64,000 nucleotides of DNA from Amoeboaphelidium occidentale. Lineage: Eukaryota. The DNA lies in contig JALGPX010000001.1 of assembly GCA_023515795.1 (NCBI GenBank), positions 62,001-126,000 on the forward strand, read 5' to 3'. Below the pieces are notes generated by a model, which was not told the DNA's origin, did not search any database, and saw only the letters and a list, made by a program, of their open reading frames with translations. This document shows, piece by piece, positions 20,725 through 31,992 of the stretch. Position 1 is the first letter of the stretch; each line of letters opens with the position of its first letter. The position numbers and the translations under genes are program-made.

Positions 20725-23361
20725 ATGGACGAAAAAGACAAAGTTAATTATTCTTTACACAACAACTCCTCTTCTTTATCGCGAGATTATCCTGGGAATT
20801 CACCGCCGCTATCTTTTGGGTCATCGAAAACTGGAGCGTATTTGAATGCGAAGACGGCACAGTCGCGCGCGTTGAGTATTTCCAGCGTTCTGATGAGTGA
20901 TTACGACGTGTCTCCGCGTGGATCGCCGCTACTTGGGAAAGTTTCGCCATTCTCGCCAACACTAACTGCAACTACAGCCACTACGAACTCCCCTCAGGCT
21001 TATTACAGCCCACGATTATCAGTTGCACCTGGACCTCTACCTCCTGTTATTGGCGACACTCATTTATCTCTTTCCTGCTCCAGTAATAATGGTCTTTCAT
21101 GCCATGTTCCTATGAATACTATTAACAACAATGGCTCTAATGGTTTGTCGAAATCTATTAATGGAATGCCTAGCAATCATCAGCATCCATATGGTCCAGA
21201 CTCTTTGTTTGGTATGCCGAATTGGAATAGTCCAGTCATATCGAAAATGTCTTCACCTTCTACTGGTTTTCCCTCTGTTTCTGCTGTTGGTGCCAGGAAT
21301 GGAGCTGATCAAGATTTCTCCTTATCTGTTACCAGGACTCTGGATTTGCTTGGCTTGAACGATGATTATGCTGGTGATTTGAAGGATGACGAACTCAGTG
21401 TTTTATTGTCTGGTCAGACTACAAAGTCTGCTGTAACTACGTCTGATGGCGCAGTGTCCCGTGTTTTATTTATTCAAGGAAATGGTCTTAATGAGAATGA
21501 TGTAATGTTATCGTTAAAAAAGTTTGGCACGATCGAGTCGGTTAACGTTAATGCTGACAGGAAAGGCGCTTTTGTGACTTTTACTTCGATGGATAGCGCT
21601 GTTGAAGCAAAGAAAATGACTCAGAAAATTGGTCTGATCCCTGTAATTATTTCTTATTCAAAAGCTGCTGAATCCTCTGCTACAAGAACTTTGCTAGTGT
21701 ATAATGTCCCAGCTCAAGCTAATAACGATCGCTTTGTTGCCATGTTTGAAAGATTTGGACCGTTGGAAACTTATCGTTTGAATCCTTCAAACAACTCTGC
21801 ATTTTTTTCTTTTGTGAATGGCGACGATGCTTTGAAAGCATCGAAAGAAACAAATGGCTGCATCATTGAAGGTCTGGCTATCAATGTTATTATGGCATCT
21901 TCGAAAAATCCTCTCTCTACCGAATCTAGCCCAAGGCTCTCTCAACTTTCATCATCTCCTTCGCTGGTCAGTCAGCGTCTGTTTGAACATCCAAACTTAT
22001 CATCGTCTTCGAAATGGTCAGACATTCCGTCTCAGCAAGAATCTCCTTCTGATCAAAGCCTTGATGTTCCTTTCAATGGATTTCCTGATGCCAATTTATA
22101 TCATTATGTTGATCATATTCCTATCCTTAAACATATTCAAATTCACGGAGAAGCTAAATCCCATTCAATGGATCCAGGCCATTTGAGAGAGCTAAAGAGA
22201 AAGTTGGAGCTTTCTCATACAACTCAGAGAGATATTGATTTGATTTTCGAAGAGATGATTTCTGAGATTGTCGAGTTATCAACTGACGGCTTTGGTAATA
22301 CAGTTGTTCAGAAGTTAATTGAAAGATGTTCTGATCAGCAACGTTTGAGAATTATCGAAGCATGTGCTCCTCAGTTGGCATCAATTGGTGTTCACAAGAA
22401 TGGCACTTGGGTTGTTCAGAAGATGATGGACTTTGCTAAAACTAGCAGTCAGATTCACATGCTGTTGAATAATTTGATGCCTTACACTCCTTCCTTAATG
22501 ATGGATCCTTTCGGTAACTACGTTATCCAAGCATGTTTGAAGTTGGGCGCCTTTCGTGATCAGTTCGTATTTGACACAATGTATTTGAAATGTTTGGAAG
22601 TCGGAAGAGGCAAATTTGGCGCACGAGCAATGAGAGCATGTTTGGAAAGTCAAAATGCTACCAAAAGGCAGCAGAAATTGGTTGCTATTGCAGTTATCCG
22701 TCATGCCCTCACTTTAGTGACTGATCCTAATGGTATCCTTCTAATTCATTGGTTGGTTGACAATTCTGAATTAAGTGGAAGATTCAGAGCTCTGGTTGAG
22801 AAAGTATTGCCTCGTGCTCCTTATCTCTCAAATCAAAAGCTTTCTCATGTCGTCATTCTGAAAATATTAGGACAAATGCTGGAGCTTGAACCAAAGAAGG
22901 AATTGATTATGAACGGTTTGTTCAAGGACAATGATTCCATTGCGGCAACAATATTTGGAGGAGAGTCTCCATTTGACAGAAAATCATTTGCAGCTCCTGA
23001 AACTTGTGAATATGGTACATCTATCATTTTGAGGTGTCTACAACTCGAGCAAGATCCAAACACCAAAGCTCAAATGACTGCTCGAGTGAAGATGATTCTG
23101 GAAAAGGCTTTTGGTTCTGAGTTTAACTACAAGAATTTGAATGGAAGAGGACAGTTTTACAAGAGACTTATCGAAGAATTGCAGCAACCAACAGTCACAA
23201 AAAGCTTAGAGTCTTTGCCTAAAAGCCCCTTCATCAACACGAAATTATCAGGTCAGCCCTCTAACAGAACCTCCATCGAAGGATCCCCTTCATTGAAGAA
23301 TGGAATGTTTTATCAAGAGGCCAACTCTAATTCTCAGAGGAGAATTCTTCTTTCTGAGTGA
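20725..23361 (+). CDS. JSN1: Jsn1/Puf1-Puf2 type RNA-binding protein (RRMs plus Pumilio repeats)
   Basis: Two RRMs; GNTVVQKL, LASIGVHKNGTWVVQK, DPFGNYVIQ, GKFGARAMRACLES. Confidence 0.92.
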   Translation: MDEKDKVNYSLHNNSSSLSRDYPGNSPPLSFGSSKTGAYLNAKTAQSRALSISSVLMSDYDVSPRGSPLLGKVSPFSPTLTATTATTNSPQAYYSPRLSVAPGPLPPVIGDTHLSLSCSSNNGLSCHVPMNTINNNGSNGLSKSINGMPSNHQHPYGPDSLFGMPNWNSPVISKMSSPSTGFPSVSAVGARNGADQDFSLSVTRTLDLLGLNDDYAGDLKDDELSVLLSGQTTKSAVTTSDGAVSRVLFIQGNGLNENDVMLSLKKFGTIESVNVNADRKGAFVTFTSMDSAVEAKKMTQKIGLIPVIISYSKAAESSATRTLLVYNVPAQANNDRFVAMFERFGPLETYRLNPSNNSAFFSFVNGDDALKASKETNGCIIEGLAINVIMASSKNPLSTESSPRLSQLSSSPSLVSQRLFEHPNLSSSSKWSDIPSQQESPSDQSLDVPFNGFPDANLYHYVDHIPILKHIQIHGEAKSHSMDPGHLRELKRKLELSHTTQRDIDLIFEEMISEIVELSTDGFGNTVVQKLIERCSDQQRLRIIEACAPQLASIGVHKNGTWVVQKMMDFAKTSSQIHMLLNNLMPYTPSLMMDPFGNYVIQACLKLGAFRDQFVFDTMYLKCLEVGRGKFGARAMRACLESQNATKRQQKLVAIAVIRHALTLVTDPNGILLIHWLVDNSELSGRFRALVEKVLPRAPYLSNQKLSHVVILKILGQMLELEPKKELIMNGLFKDNDSIAATIFGGESPFDRKSFAAPETCEYGTSIILRCLQLEQDPNTKAQMTARVKMILEKAFGSEFNYKNLNGRGQFYKRLIEELQQPTVTKSLESLPKSPFINTKLSGQPSNRTSIEGSPSLKNGMFYQEANSNSQRRILLSE

Positions 23362-23450
23362 TGCTTTTTATCAGTCTTTCGGTAGTAATTGAAATTTGAA
23401 TAAAAACCAATAATCTTATGAGTTATATTATCTTTCTAGAAGAGGTAAGC

Positions 23451-25004
23451 TCACTTTGCCTCAATGACACTTTGTTGAGGAGCCTTTGGCTTATTTTTAC
23501 TTCGCCGCTTCTTCGCATTAGTTCTTAGAATCTTTTTATCTTTGCTATCCAATTCTTCTTGCGTTTTAAGCTCTCTTTCATTCTTGACTGATTTGTGCAT
23601 TTCTTGCGGAGCCAACAGTTTTTCGTTACTCACAGCCACAGGAATAGCCTCTTCCATTTCAATTGTGCTGATTTCAATAGGGTTAACCCTGAGTTCAAGC
23701 TTGGCTGGTTTCGGAGTGTAATGAAAGTTAGATAGAGAATTCAGCTTGTAAGAAAGCTTATGCAATGCCTGTTCAATCTCAAGATGCTCCTTGGTTTTCT
23801 TGGGACCTTCAACAACACCTGATGCCGACGCTGCCTCCTTTCTAAACTCATCTTCATAAACTTTAGCTAGAGATTCCGGCTTTCTTGACAAACTATCATC
23901 AACGATTTGTCGCTCGTTTGTATACTTTTTCTCTTCATATTTCCGAACCAAATCATCAAAACTGTTGTTTAAGATTCTTTGCTTAATCAATTCATCCAAG
24001 GAATTGGTTACTTGCTCAGTTATAACAGGGGCAGGTTTAGCAGCATAGTCGAATTCAAGAACTTCTTCCAATAAACTGTTCACTGGTCTTTGTTTACTTG
24101 AAGTTTCACCTTTAAGCTGCCAGTCTTTTTCCTTAACCAACTCCTCTTCAATTTCCTTTATCTTTGCATCCATTTTCTTTTGCTTCTTTTCGAATGAAGA
24201 TAAATGAGCATTTTCATCGTCAGAGGAATCTGCAAACAAATTGCTCGTCTTCTGATTCTCTTCTTGCTCCAAGTTTTCAACGACGCTGTCAAAATCGCTT
24301 TCGTCTTTGCGCTCAAACTTTTTCTTCCCCTCGGTGGCTGAAGGTTCTCCGTCAAAGAAATCTTCGTATTTAAGATTTTCTGCTTCAGCATCGCTACCGC
24401 TTTCAAGAAATTCCGTTGGGTCTCTAGAAAAGTCGATATCGTCAAAGTTTTCACCTTCTTCGTCTTCATCCGAGGAATCTTTCTTAACGCCATCATCATT
24501 ATCTTGCTCGTCTTCTTCGTCTGCAGGGAATTTTTCCGCGACATCGTGCTCCTCATCAAAGTCATCCATCTCAGCAAAACCTTCTTCTTCGCTTACTTCT
24601 TCATCATCTTCTGAACACAGGGATGCATCAATGCCACTGTCAAGAGCGCCATCAGACTCTTCAGAACGCATGTAATCCTCCTTATCAGAAGATCCAATAT
24701 CATTTGCTATTTGATCAAGCTTTTCTCCAAAGACAGGAACCAACAAGGCGTTCCTTAACTGAATCTGCGCCCAAATCTGCTCTTCGTCAAAGCCATCCGT
24801 GTATAAAGTATCCAGATTACGCGTAGAAGAATCTGCCAGGATCGTGTCCAAAGCCCAAATTTCTTTTGTTACTTGTAGCCACGCCTCAGGATTATGATCA
24901 TCTGCAGTTTTATCTTCACTAAGCCTTCTGATCTTTTGTATCTGACCGCTAAGAGCGTCTTGTTCTTTTGTGGGTGCTGCCGCTGAACGCTTTGAGTTTT
25001 TCAT
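23451..25004 (-). CDS. MPP10: U3 snoRNP protein Mpp10
   Basis: GFDEEQIWAQI, acidic tract, WQLKGE...RPVNSLLEEVLEFD, LSNFHYTPKP, LLAPQE; a terminal intron at the 3' end is possible. Confidence 0.95.
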   Translation of the reverse strand: MKNSKRSAAAPTKEQDALSGQIQKIRRLSEDKTADDHNPEAWLQVTKEIWALDTILADSSTRNLDTLYTDGFDEEQIWAQIQLRNALLVPVFGEKLDQIANDIGSSDKEDYMRSEESDGALDSGIDASLCSEDDEEVSEEEGFAEMDDFDEEHDVAEKFPADEEDEQDNDDGVKKDSSDEDEEGENFDDIDFSRDPTEFLESGSDAEAENLKYEDFFDGEPSATEGKKKFERKDESDFDSVVENLEQEENQKTSNLFADSSDDENAHLSSFEKKQKKMDAKIKEIEEELVKEKDWQLKGETSSKQRPVNSLLEEVLEFDYAAKPAPVITEQVTNSLDELIKQRILNNSFDDLVRKYEEKKYTNERQIVDDSLSRKPESLAKVYEDEFRKEAASASGVVEGPKKTKEHLEIEQALHKLSYKLNSLSNFHYTPKPAKLELRVNPIEISTIEMEEAIPVAVSNEKLLAPQEMHKSVKNERELKTQEELDSKDKKILRTNAKKRRSKNKPKAPQQSVIEAK

Positions 25005-25032
25005 ATAGACAAAAACTTTTGATCCGCTCAAA

Positions 25033-25712
25033 ATGCTGAAATTGGCACGACAACTACGACAGGTTTCCTATACGAAATACGGTGAAGCATATTCAAGTAA
25101 GTTAATCGGTGTGCAGTCGGTTTTTATATTTTAGAACCAAAGGACGTGTTTGCTAAAGAACTGTATCATCCTGTTCTTGGAAAATATCTATCAGAGCAAC
25201 CTGCAGAACATCCATTACCGGTATTGTCAAAGAAGCATGCAGGTGTAGATCATGTAAAACTGTATGGAAGAGATCTCATGAAAGCATTACGAAATCATCA
25301 CGCTCAGCACTACGGAACCGTTAATCAGGACAAGATATCGCTTTTTAAGAAGGATTCTGCTGATAGACTTGCATTGGGGCAGTGTGTTTTAATCAAGAGG
25401 AAGTTATCTGTCACTTCTGCACAGTCTGATCTGTTTTACGGTGTTGTTATTGAATTGGAGGGTGGCGCAAACAATCCAAATTCCTTTGTTAGACTTCGAT
25501 CAAGTTTGCTTGGTGTTGGTGTGGAGATGAAGATTCCCGTGTTTTCTCCATTGGTCGAGAAGATTGTCATACTCAAGAAGCCAAAGAAGGAGATCCAAGG
25601 CCCTAATTTGCTCGGTTTAAGGGATAATCCAGATGGTTTGAAGGAATTCATGGAACCAGCTTGGCTGAGTGAAAAAGGTCGTATAATGTTACATAAACAA
25701 TACAGAAAGTGA
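25033..25712 (+). CDS. MRPL19: Mitochondrial ribosomal protein bL19m (intron 25097-25134)
   Basis: FYGVVI...SFVRLRSSLLGVGVEMKIPVFSPLVEKIVIL; basic presequence MLKLARQLRQ in exon 1. Confidence 0.8.
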
Positions 25713-25728
25713 ATAAAAACTGATTTAA

Positions 25729-28700
25729 TTAACTGCTTTCACAATATCTGGTCTTTGCGTTAGACCATAGCTTCAATAAAACTGTCTTCTGGTCAACAGA
25801 TATTTTCTTATCGGCATCAAGCTTCAGCTTCGATAAAAGACTGACCAATGTCTGTGCATCTTCTCTGACTAGCAAATTTTGACTTCTGCATCCAAATGCT
25901 TTGTTTGCGACAACATCGGATGTTCCAACAGCTCCAATCCATCCTTTGGTACCAAATCTTTCATTTGCAGCATCTTCTGCTCTCCTGACAATATCAATTG
26001 GTATACCACTCATCTTGGCAACATTCATGCCATAACTCTTTTCTGAGTATCCGTCTTTTAGTTTGTACAAAAACATTACTTCCTTTTTGACATCATCCAC
26101 AACACAGTCCATATGCATCACTTTTACTGATGGAGACGGAGCCAATTTCTTGTATTCATAGTTCAGTAAACCATAGTGAGTGGAAAACAGTCCCATACAT
26201 TGTTTCTTAATTGATAAGTAATTCAATACCGAGTATGCTATGCCGTATCCATCAAAAGTAGAGGTACCTCTCCCCAATTCGTCCAAAATAACCAAAGAAT
26301 CACTTGTTGCTTGTGCCATAATCTTGGAAGTTTCTGATAGCTCCACCATAAAAGTAGATTGCCCTGCCAAGATGTTGTCATTTGCTCCTATTCTCGTAAA
26401 AATTCTGTCAACCACCGTCATTTCACATTCACTAGCAGGGATGTAACAACCGACATGAGCCAAAATAACGGCAATACATGTTTGTCTGAGTAAAGTTGAT
26501 TTGCCTCCCATATTTGGACCACTCAAAAGGATCATGTTTGCCTCATTTCCGCCTACAAGTTAAATAACTTGGTTAGAATATTATTACCGAGATGAATGTC
26601 ATTAGGAATAAAGACATTGTTGTTGTAATTATTATTGATCAAACAAGGATGTCTCAGATTCTTGAACATAATCATTGAATTGCCATTGATCATCTTCTTA
26701 TCCAGGAACACTGGCCTGCAAGCATCTCCATTGGACATTCCCTTCAATTGGGATGAAACCTTTGCCAAGGATAATAAACAATCAATGTCACCTAAATTCT
26801 TTGCAATAATTGAAATTTCAACAGCAAATGCATTCAATTTGTCAAGGTATCTGTTCAACAATTCGCCTCTAACAGAGTTCAATGTCTCTTGTGCTTCTTG
26901 GTACTCTTTGACTTTATCAACCAAGAATGGCGAGTAGTATCTTACAACAGCTTTGGATGAAGACTTAGTGGCCCAATTAGATGGAACCTTAACTGCGTAC
27001 TTTGCAGGGAATTGTAACTGAAAGATTTCCTTTCCAATGTCTCTGTATTCAAGTTCTTTGCATTGGAATTTTTCCCTTACATCTGCAAGGTGTTTGTTGA
27101 GTTCGTTGACAATCTTCTTGTTGACTGCAACTATATCGTCGTAATCTTGTTCAAAGCCTTCAAATATTTCTAGCTCGCCGTCTTTGGCTTTCTTGATATC
27201 GAAAGACGAACCGATACGCTTCAATTCAGCGCCAAGTTTTTCTTTACATGCTAAGATCTCATCAATATTCTGCATCAGCAATGAATTTTCCGAATCTTGG
27301 AGTTCATTCTTGAACGATTCAATCTTATTCAATACCGTTCTCAAACTTTCAATAAATCCAGGATAGTCTTTTAATCTCAGCTTTCGTGCCATACAGCGAC
27401 TCAGCAACCGTTCGAAATCAGGACATTTCTTCAAGACCTTTTCGATTTCAATGGTGCTAGTCTTCATCAGCAAGTCAACAGAGTTCAGCCTTTGTTCGAT
27501 CTTTTGAGTATCTTGCAGAGGATGACATATCCACTTCTTCAGTTTTCTCTTTCCAAACGGCGTTAGGCAATGATTAATCAGCTCAAATAAAGACCCTTCT
27601 TTGGTTCCTTCTGTAGTTTCAAATATTTCCAAATTAATAAGACTTTGTCCATCAAGAACCATTGAAGTTTTACTCTCAAGAATATCGTAATACTTGATAT
27701 TCTCATGCTTGATCAGAGCCTCATCCAACTTCAGCTGTGAAAGATACCAAACCAAACCTCCAAAAGCTGAAACAGATTCATTGTTTCCCTTCAATAGATC
27801 CGGCAATTCCTTGAAGTACGAACAACGCAATACTTCTTCTTGAGTTCTTTTCGCATCCCAGAATTCATCATTAACTTTCAATCCATTCCATGAAGCATCT
27901 TCACCACACAAATTCTTGAGTAACTTTTTCGTCTGAACAGAAAGCTTTCCTCTTTCATAAACAATTTCTTTAACATTAATCTGAACTAACAGAGTTTCCA
28001 ATAGAGACCTGTCTAAATCATCTTCAAATTCACTCAAAAAGAAATGACCAGTCGAAGTATCGACAAAACAAACACCAAACAGAACTTTTGAAGGAGAATC
28101 AACATTAACACATTCTTTCAGTGACAAACAGTAAATGCTATCATCACCAGGAAGCAGTTCAGGATCAACAAGTGTTCCTGCAGTCAGAACTTGAGTTAAT
28201 TCTCTTCTCACAATATCATCCTTCTTCTTCACATCTCGCTCTCTCATTTCTTTACCCAAGGCAGTTTCCATCTGTTCAACTCTGGCAACTTTGTATCCTT
28301 TCGCAATAAATTTGCTTGCCCAAAAGTGAAAAGAATATTCTGGCACACCAACCATACTCATTGCACCACGATCTGTCAGTTTCAAATCAAACAACCGACT
28401 TCCAAGCTCGGCATCATTACAGAATAATTCATAGAACTTTCCTTTCTGAAAGAAAAGAACGGTATCATAATTATTTCTCTTGATCTCCCAGTATTGTTTC
28501 TCAAACGGCGTGGCCTTCTCAAAGAATGATTTTGGAACTTTAAGAGTTCGTGGATCGTAATCAGGATCACCAACAGGACGCCCATTCGCATCTCGAATAT
28601 TTTCTTCCAACAGAAATGTGTACTTTTCTTCCTGCTTAGCGAGAAATGTTTCCTTTCGCTGCTGTTTCTTGTCCTTTTCGAAAGAGAATGAGTCTAACTT

Positions 28701-29285
28701 TGACGAAGCAGAAGCTGATGGTTTGAATAACGAAGTTGAGCGCGCGGAAGATACGGACGCTCTTGAAGAAGTGTTGCGCGGCGTCTGAAACGGAACAGCC
28801 CTCAGCNNNNNNNNNNNNNNNNNNNNNGAAGCAGAAGCTGATGGTTTGAATGTCGAAGTTGAGCGCGCGGAAGATACGGACGCTCTTGAAGAAGTGTTGC
28901 GCGGCGTCTGAAACGGAACAGCCCTCAGCCCAACAGTTTTCTCCAGAACAGCTTCAGACTGATCATCATCATCATCATCAATAACAACAACTTGCGGAAC
29001 TTTAGAGGAACCAGTGACGTCATCATCTTCATCATCAGAAACCATAATCTTCTTCTTCTTTACTCCGCCGCTTTGCTGTAACGACTTCGGTTCCAGTGGT
29101 CGTTTGAAGTTTTCCTTTGTCGTGGAACTGAACGGTATCGCATTCTTCTTTGCAGATGTAACAAAAGACTTTGTCGCACTGGAAGCCACCACAGAATTAT
29201 TTCCACTCGAAGGCGGAATCCCCGTCTGTTTTGGTCTATTTGAGGGTGTTTTAAAGAAGGAAGTGATCGAAGCTTGTTTCGGCAT
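25729..29285 (-). CDS. MSH6: DNA mismatch repair protein Msh6 (intron 26553-26588; N gap 28807-28827)
   Basis: N-terminal PIP box [47 protein letters not shown]. Confidence 0.97.
28705..28929. repeat. 102-bp duplication flanking an N gap (probable haplotype/scaffolding artefact)
   Basis: 28705-28806 and 28828-28929 identical except gaataacg vs gaatgtcg. Confidence 0.85.
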
Positions 29286-29337
29286 CGTTTCGGAGAAGAG
29301 AGCGAAGTTTTGAAACTCACAGAGCGTCCCTTAAAAC

Positions 29338-29345
29338 TTTCGCGC
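29338..29345. promoter_or_regulatory. E2F/SCB-type G1/S element TTTCGCGC upstream of MSH6
   Basis: Matches E2F TTTSSCGC and, on the other strand, SCB CGCGAAA; ~55 bp upstream of the MSH6 ATG. Confidence 0.5.
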
Positions 29346-29623
29346 ATAGAAAACGTTATAGGAAATTTTATAATTTAGCTTAATCGTAACAGGGATTGAA
29401 GTGATCGCTCGGAATCCAGCATGATCATTGCTCTAACTCGTTCAGAACAACATTTAATTCATATCATACTTTAAATAAAAGGATCGCACAACTACCCCGT
29501 CGCAACCCTTAACGAAAGTATGACCACAGTGACACAGCCGAGACCCTTCTCAATGCTTGCCCCTTCGATTCGTCAACTTTTCTTGTTTGCAATCAAATTC
29601 TTTTGCGCTGAAAATCGTGCGGA

Positions 29624-30463
29624 ATGTTCTTCAATAGAAATAGACAACAACAGCACAGGCCACCAAATGCCGCAGATGAGAATGCTCTAATGGAGGCATA
29701 TGAAGACAGGGCGTATGGTGCAACTGCTCCAGGTGCTGACGATGATATCATGATATCAGACGACTCTCATGGCGCAGAAATCGACTATGACGCGCAAAGC
29801 TCTCCTTATACTGTTAATAATATGCTAAAGGGTATTCAGTCTGATAAGAAACTGTCAATTGGCGGTCAGTTGGCTGGAGCAGAGTATCTCTTTCGCGATG
29901 AGGAAAAGAGAAAAGGAAAGACTGGATGGAATGAGAAGTTGGTGTACAATACAGGAACATTGTATGGATTAGGTATCTTATTTTATTAGTGTGTGTTCTA
30001 ATACTTGGTTAGGTTTGGCTAGCGGTGGTGCATGGGGATTATACGAAGGCTTGAAGGCTCCACAAGGAAACACTTTTAAATTACGACTCAACTCTGTTCT
30101 CAATTCCATGACCAGAAGAGGTCCTTTGGTTGGTAACTCTGCCGGAATTCTGTCGCTGTTTTATACGACTTTTGATCATTTCATTGGTCGTGCTCGTGGT
30201 GGTACTGACGATTTACTAAACAATGTCGCAGCAGGTGCATTAAGTGGAGCTGTATTCAAGTGTACCTGTAAGTTTTATTAGTAGTTGTCAACTTATCCTT
30301 GTTTATAGCTGGATTGCCTGCTGCTGGTAAGGCTGCTTTGGTGTTTGGTTCATTATCTGGTGTGTTGAATGGTGCGATTTCCTTGTACACAGGATCAAGT
30401 AGAGGTTCAGTCTATGCTTCATCCAGAGATTCTAATACGAGCAACAATAGTATCTACGCATGA
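29624..30463 (+). CDS. TIM23: Mitochondrial translocase Tim23 (2 introns, ~29973-30012 and ~30268-30308)
   Basis: GWNEKLVYNTGTLYGLG/LASGGAWGLYEG...KLRLNSVLNSMTRRGP..GNSAG...AAGALSGAVFKCT. Confidence 0.93.
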
Positions 30464-30569
30464 TTTTGAAGAGTGAGAGATAATAAACGATAAAATTAGT
30501 TTATGTTGAAATGATTTATAACTGTATATTTAACAATACGCTACGTTACGATAGTTTTTACGAGGCGTC

Positions 30570-31640
30570 TCATTCACCCATAATGTCACTGAATTGTTGA
30601 TAATCACTAGCGTTTGAAACAAATAGTCGTTGCTTAAATGCTTCACGCGCTTCAGAGGTACTCATGGAAACAGTTCCAGTTGAACTAGGAGCCAACACAA
30701 GCAAATCAACCAAGAAACCACAAGCGAATGCGATAAGCAATGGTGAAACAACAGGAACAAAGTACTTTTTCACAATTGCAGTATACTCATCAATCTTATC
30801 GTTGCCAATATCCCATGCCTCTTCCTCGTGCGTAAAGTATGACTTGTAGTGTACATCAATAGCTGCAGAATTGGATGAAGGTGAAGTTGATCTTGCTCGT
30901 TTTGAGCCTTTTGGGTTGTTTGTTTGGGCAAAGGACGCACTTCCAGTGTTGCTGTTGTGTCCCATTGAACCAAGAAATGGCCAGAATGCGGCTGTTCCAT
31001 TTGATGAGCTTTTCTGTGCCATTCTTTGAGCATTCCGTTTCTTTGCGCGAAGTTTGATCAGGTGAGCTTGTGATGTACCAAGAACAATAACAGTTTTTCC
31101 GCCAACCCTTTCGTTACCAGAAGTATATGGGCTATTATCTGTAGATTTCATAGAAACTTCCCTGGAATTACCTTCGATTCCAACAGATGGTAATGTTTGA
31201 TGTTCTGATTCCTGTTTCGAAACTGGAGTGTCCTTCTTTGGCCCAGGCAACAACTTCAACGCACCCTGAGGGATTTTTACTCCGATATAGTCAACCAGTG
31301 ACTCTCCTTCATCCGTAGAATACATGAAATCACTCGTATTGCTATCGTCAAATGTTGAAACGTAACTGGAAGTATCAGCGATTCCTTCCGCATTGTCCAT
31401 GTTTTCTGCCTCAGAATTCGCGATACACTCAAGGCTGATTTGTTTCAGTTCACCCAATTCCACTTCCTTAGCTTCAGTACCGGGTGGGGCAACAATAGCC
31501 TCTTGGTGATCATAATCTTGCGTGTGTCTAGTCAAGAGATATTAGCATGTAAAATCAATAGCTTACGATACAAACTCGGAATCAACCAATTCGTCTTGAT
31601 CTTTGTCCGTTACAACTTCTTTGCCTGTGGATTTATTCAT
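30570..31640 (-). CDS. Hypothetical acidic/Ser-rich protein with near-C-terminal TM helix (intron ~31528-31566)
   Basis: 321-codon ORF plus upstream exon MNKSTGKEVV...EFVS; TM FVPVVSPLLIAFACGFLVDLLVL. Confidence 0.65.
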
Positions 31641-31992
31641 AAATTTAGCCAGAAACATTCAAGTAAAGAAACTGCGATTTCTGGTGAGTTGGAGGTTTCG
31701 ACTGTATCAGCTGATCACGCTGCCTTCGTGCAACATAAACACTCACATGACGCCCAGCCACAATCAGCGAGGCACGGAATAATTACGATGTAAGGGCTAA
31801 GATAGAATTTGCAGGTAACAGGAAGGCAACGAAAATCTGAAGGCTATGTCGAGTTGTTTATGGTTGAAACCACAAAAGATAAAGAATGGAACATTTATTA
31901 AGTAAAACATCATGTGCTTCTACTTCCGCTCCTTATAACAACTAAAGAAAGTCTGATCTAAACTCAACCTTCACTAAGATTCAATTCGCGCG

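Noticed and set aside
1935..23361. Apparent cluster of RNA regulators (VTS1, NYN, NHP2, PYM1, JSN1)
   Set aside because: Interspersed with unrelated genes; plausible by chance at this gene density
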